A DNA stretch of 61,177 nucleotides, filler included. It is 5 parts of 5 records of this genome, joined end to end, with 100 filler letters (N's around TTAATTAATTAA, not from the genome) between each part and the next. Parts side by side here need not be neighbours in the genome. Positions count along the whole stretch, not along the records: positions 54,811 to 61,177 come from SRR31156797_35619; 4 more parts are not named here. One strand, written 5' to 3'. Below are positions 59,756 through 61,177 of the stretch, one piece after another. Position numbers and translations under genes: made by a program. Under the pieces are notes generated by a model, which did no database searches, was not told the DNA's origin, and saw nothing but the letters and a program-made list of their open reading frames with translations. The stretch's first letter is position 1. Every line of letters begins with the position of its first letter.

Positions 59756-60409
59756 ATGGACAAAAAGAGGATTTTCATCATTGACGATCACCGGGTCGTC
59801 ATTGAAGGGATCAAAAGCGCACTGAAAGATGAAAAGGGGCTTGAGATCGTCGGTGAAACCATAAACGGGGTCCAGGGTATGGCGGAGGTAAAATCCCTGA
59901 AACCCCATATGGTGATTCTGGACATTTCCATGCCGCAACTAAACGGCGTTGACGCCACTCTCAAAATAAAGGAGATAGACCCTCGGATTATCGTCATCAT
60001 TTTTACCATGTATTCCAACAAAGAGTATGTCCTTGACCTTTTTAAGGCCGGTGTCTCAGCCTATGTGCTGAAGGAAGACCCCATACAGAATCTGATTTCG
60101 GCGATCCATGCGGTAAAAGCGGGGGGGACCTATTTCAGTGCAAAGGTCCGAAAGGTCTTTTTGGGCCATATCCGGGAACTGGAAAACGGCGGAAAGGGTG
60201 AAGTGAGGATGGAAAGGCTGAGCACCCGGGAGCGGGAGATTTTTCTCCTCCTGGCCGAAGGTCGGTCCATTCGGCGGATCGGTGAACAATTGAACATCAG
60301 TCCCAGAACCGTGGAAACCCACAAATACAACCTCATGGAAAAACTAAATGTGAACAAGGTCGTTGATCTCACCAAGATCGCCATTAGGAAAAACCTTATT
60401 CAAATTTGA
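59756..60409 (+). CDS. NarL-family response regulator
   Basis: IDDH, LDISMP, YVLK, LSTREREI, ISPRTVETHK. Confidence 0.93.
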   Translation: MDKKRIFIIDDHRVVIEGIKSALKDEKGLEIVGETINGVQGMAEVKSLKPHMVILDISMPQLNGVDATLKIKEIDPRIIVIIFTMYSNKEYVLDLFKAGVSAYVLKEDPIQNLISAIHAVKAGGTYFSAKVRKVFLGHIRELENGGKGEVRMERLSTREREIFLLLAEGRSIRRIGEQLNISPRTVETHKYNLMEKLNVNKVVDLTKIAIRKNLIQI

Positions 60410-60604
60410 AATTATCATCCAACCCGTGGAAATTAGGCATAACGGGTTGCATCCGCACCCAAGTTCAATGAGCGGCGGCCCCGACCCTAATGGTTTTCCC
60501 TAATGAAAAATCCTGGATCTCCCGATTGACTTTTCTTTCTGTTTAACTCCTAATAAAGTGCCGAGTACAATTATCCACGACCCCTAATAAGACAGGTTTT
60601 AAAT

Positions 60605-61177
60605 ATGGTTGATTCCTCAACCCGAAATGTCCAATTTCCATATAAAAATGAAGCCGCCCCCGGATTTGAGGATCGCTATGAAGTCCTTTTTGAGCAGAGT
60701 AGGGATGGGATCGCTCTTTTGGTTGATGGCCTGTTTGTCAAGGCAAACAGGGCCTTTTGCCATCTTTTCGGACGTCCGGCCGGGAGTATGACAGGCCAGG
60801 ATCCCTTTGAACTCTTCCATCCGGATGACCGTATGACGGCGAAGCGGCGGATGGCGGCTCTCATGAACGGAGAGCGTTTGCCGGTTGATCAGGAATACCG
60901 GATGGTCCGAAGGGACGGGACTTTTTTTTGGGCGGAGGTGCGAAGCACCCTTGTCCATCTGGAGGAAAGGCCCGCTGTTCAATCGATCGTGCGCAATATT
61001 GACGAACGGAAAACGGTCCGGACATTACTCCAAAAAAGTGAAGCGCAGCATCGCCTGATGATGACCCGGCAAAAAGAGGCGAACAGGGCTTTGGAGGCTC
61101 AGCTCTCCCAGGCCCATAAGATGGAGGTGGTCGGAACCCTTGCAGGCGGCATTGCCCACGATTTCAACAATATCCTG
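60605..61177 (+). CDS. PAS-domain sensor kinase, 3'-truncated
   Basis: Hand translation from ATG 60605: PAS domain (FHPDDR...EYRMVRRDG) then H-box GTLAGGIAHDFNNIL; absent from the ORF track. Confidence 0.88.
   Translation, partial: MVDSSTRNVQFPYKNEAAPGFEDRYEVLFEQSRDGIALLVDGLFVKANRAFCHLFGRPAGSMTGQDPFELFHPDDRMTAKRRMAALMNGERLPVDQEYRMVRRDGTFFWAEVRSTLVHLEERPAVQSIVRNIDERKTVRTLLQKSEAQHRLMMTRQKEANRALEAQLSQAHKMEVVGTLAGGIAHDFNNIL

Overview
This window is not one locus. It holds five unrelated contigs joined by 100-bp artificial linkers (N-run, TTAATTAATTAA, N-run) at 13050-13149, 39109-39208, 47539-47638 and 54711-54810, so no adjacency across a linker is biological. Taxonomic labels below are inferred from gene content and composition. 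(1) 1-13049, Methanosarcinaceae-like archaeon: a CbbO/NorD-like HExxH+VWA protein missed by the ORF track, VLRF1-type release factor, rlmE-TRAM, an orphan archaellin with a cupredoxin-like insertion, Kae1-Bud32 and an S8 surface protease. (2) 13150-39108, Desulfovibrionaceae-like: housekeeping genes, cheV, two GT4 glycosyltransferases, a diguanylate cyclase, yhhQ, dapF, an orphan CII-like regulator, a complete Wsp-type chemosensory operon and phoBR. In this operon the WspR-like receiver is fused to a PP2C/SpoIIE phosphatase instead of a GGDEF domain, the kinase has two Hpt domains, and a second receptor carries a c-type heme (CxxCH) sensor domain. (3) 39209-47538, Methanosarcinaceae-like: the right end of an element integrated at tRNA-Leu(UAG), with integrase, att-type 3' tRNA fragment and a divergent switch with a 28-bp tandem repeat, followed by host genes. 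(4) 47639-54710, high-GC alphaproteobacterium: the rho...mnmE-parS-mnmG region. (5) 54811-61177, Desulfobacterota-like: nuoEF/hydCB-like genes with bifurcating-type motifs, a LuxR regulator and PAS two-component genes. The best candidate for an undescribed system is the heme-sensing Wsp-like pathway with phosphatase output; the archaeal integrated element is second.
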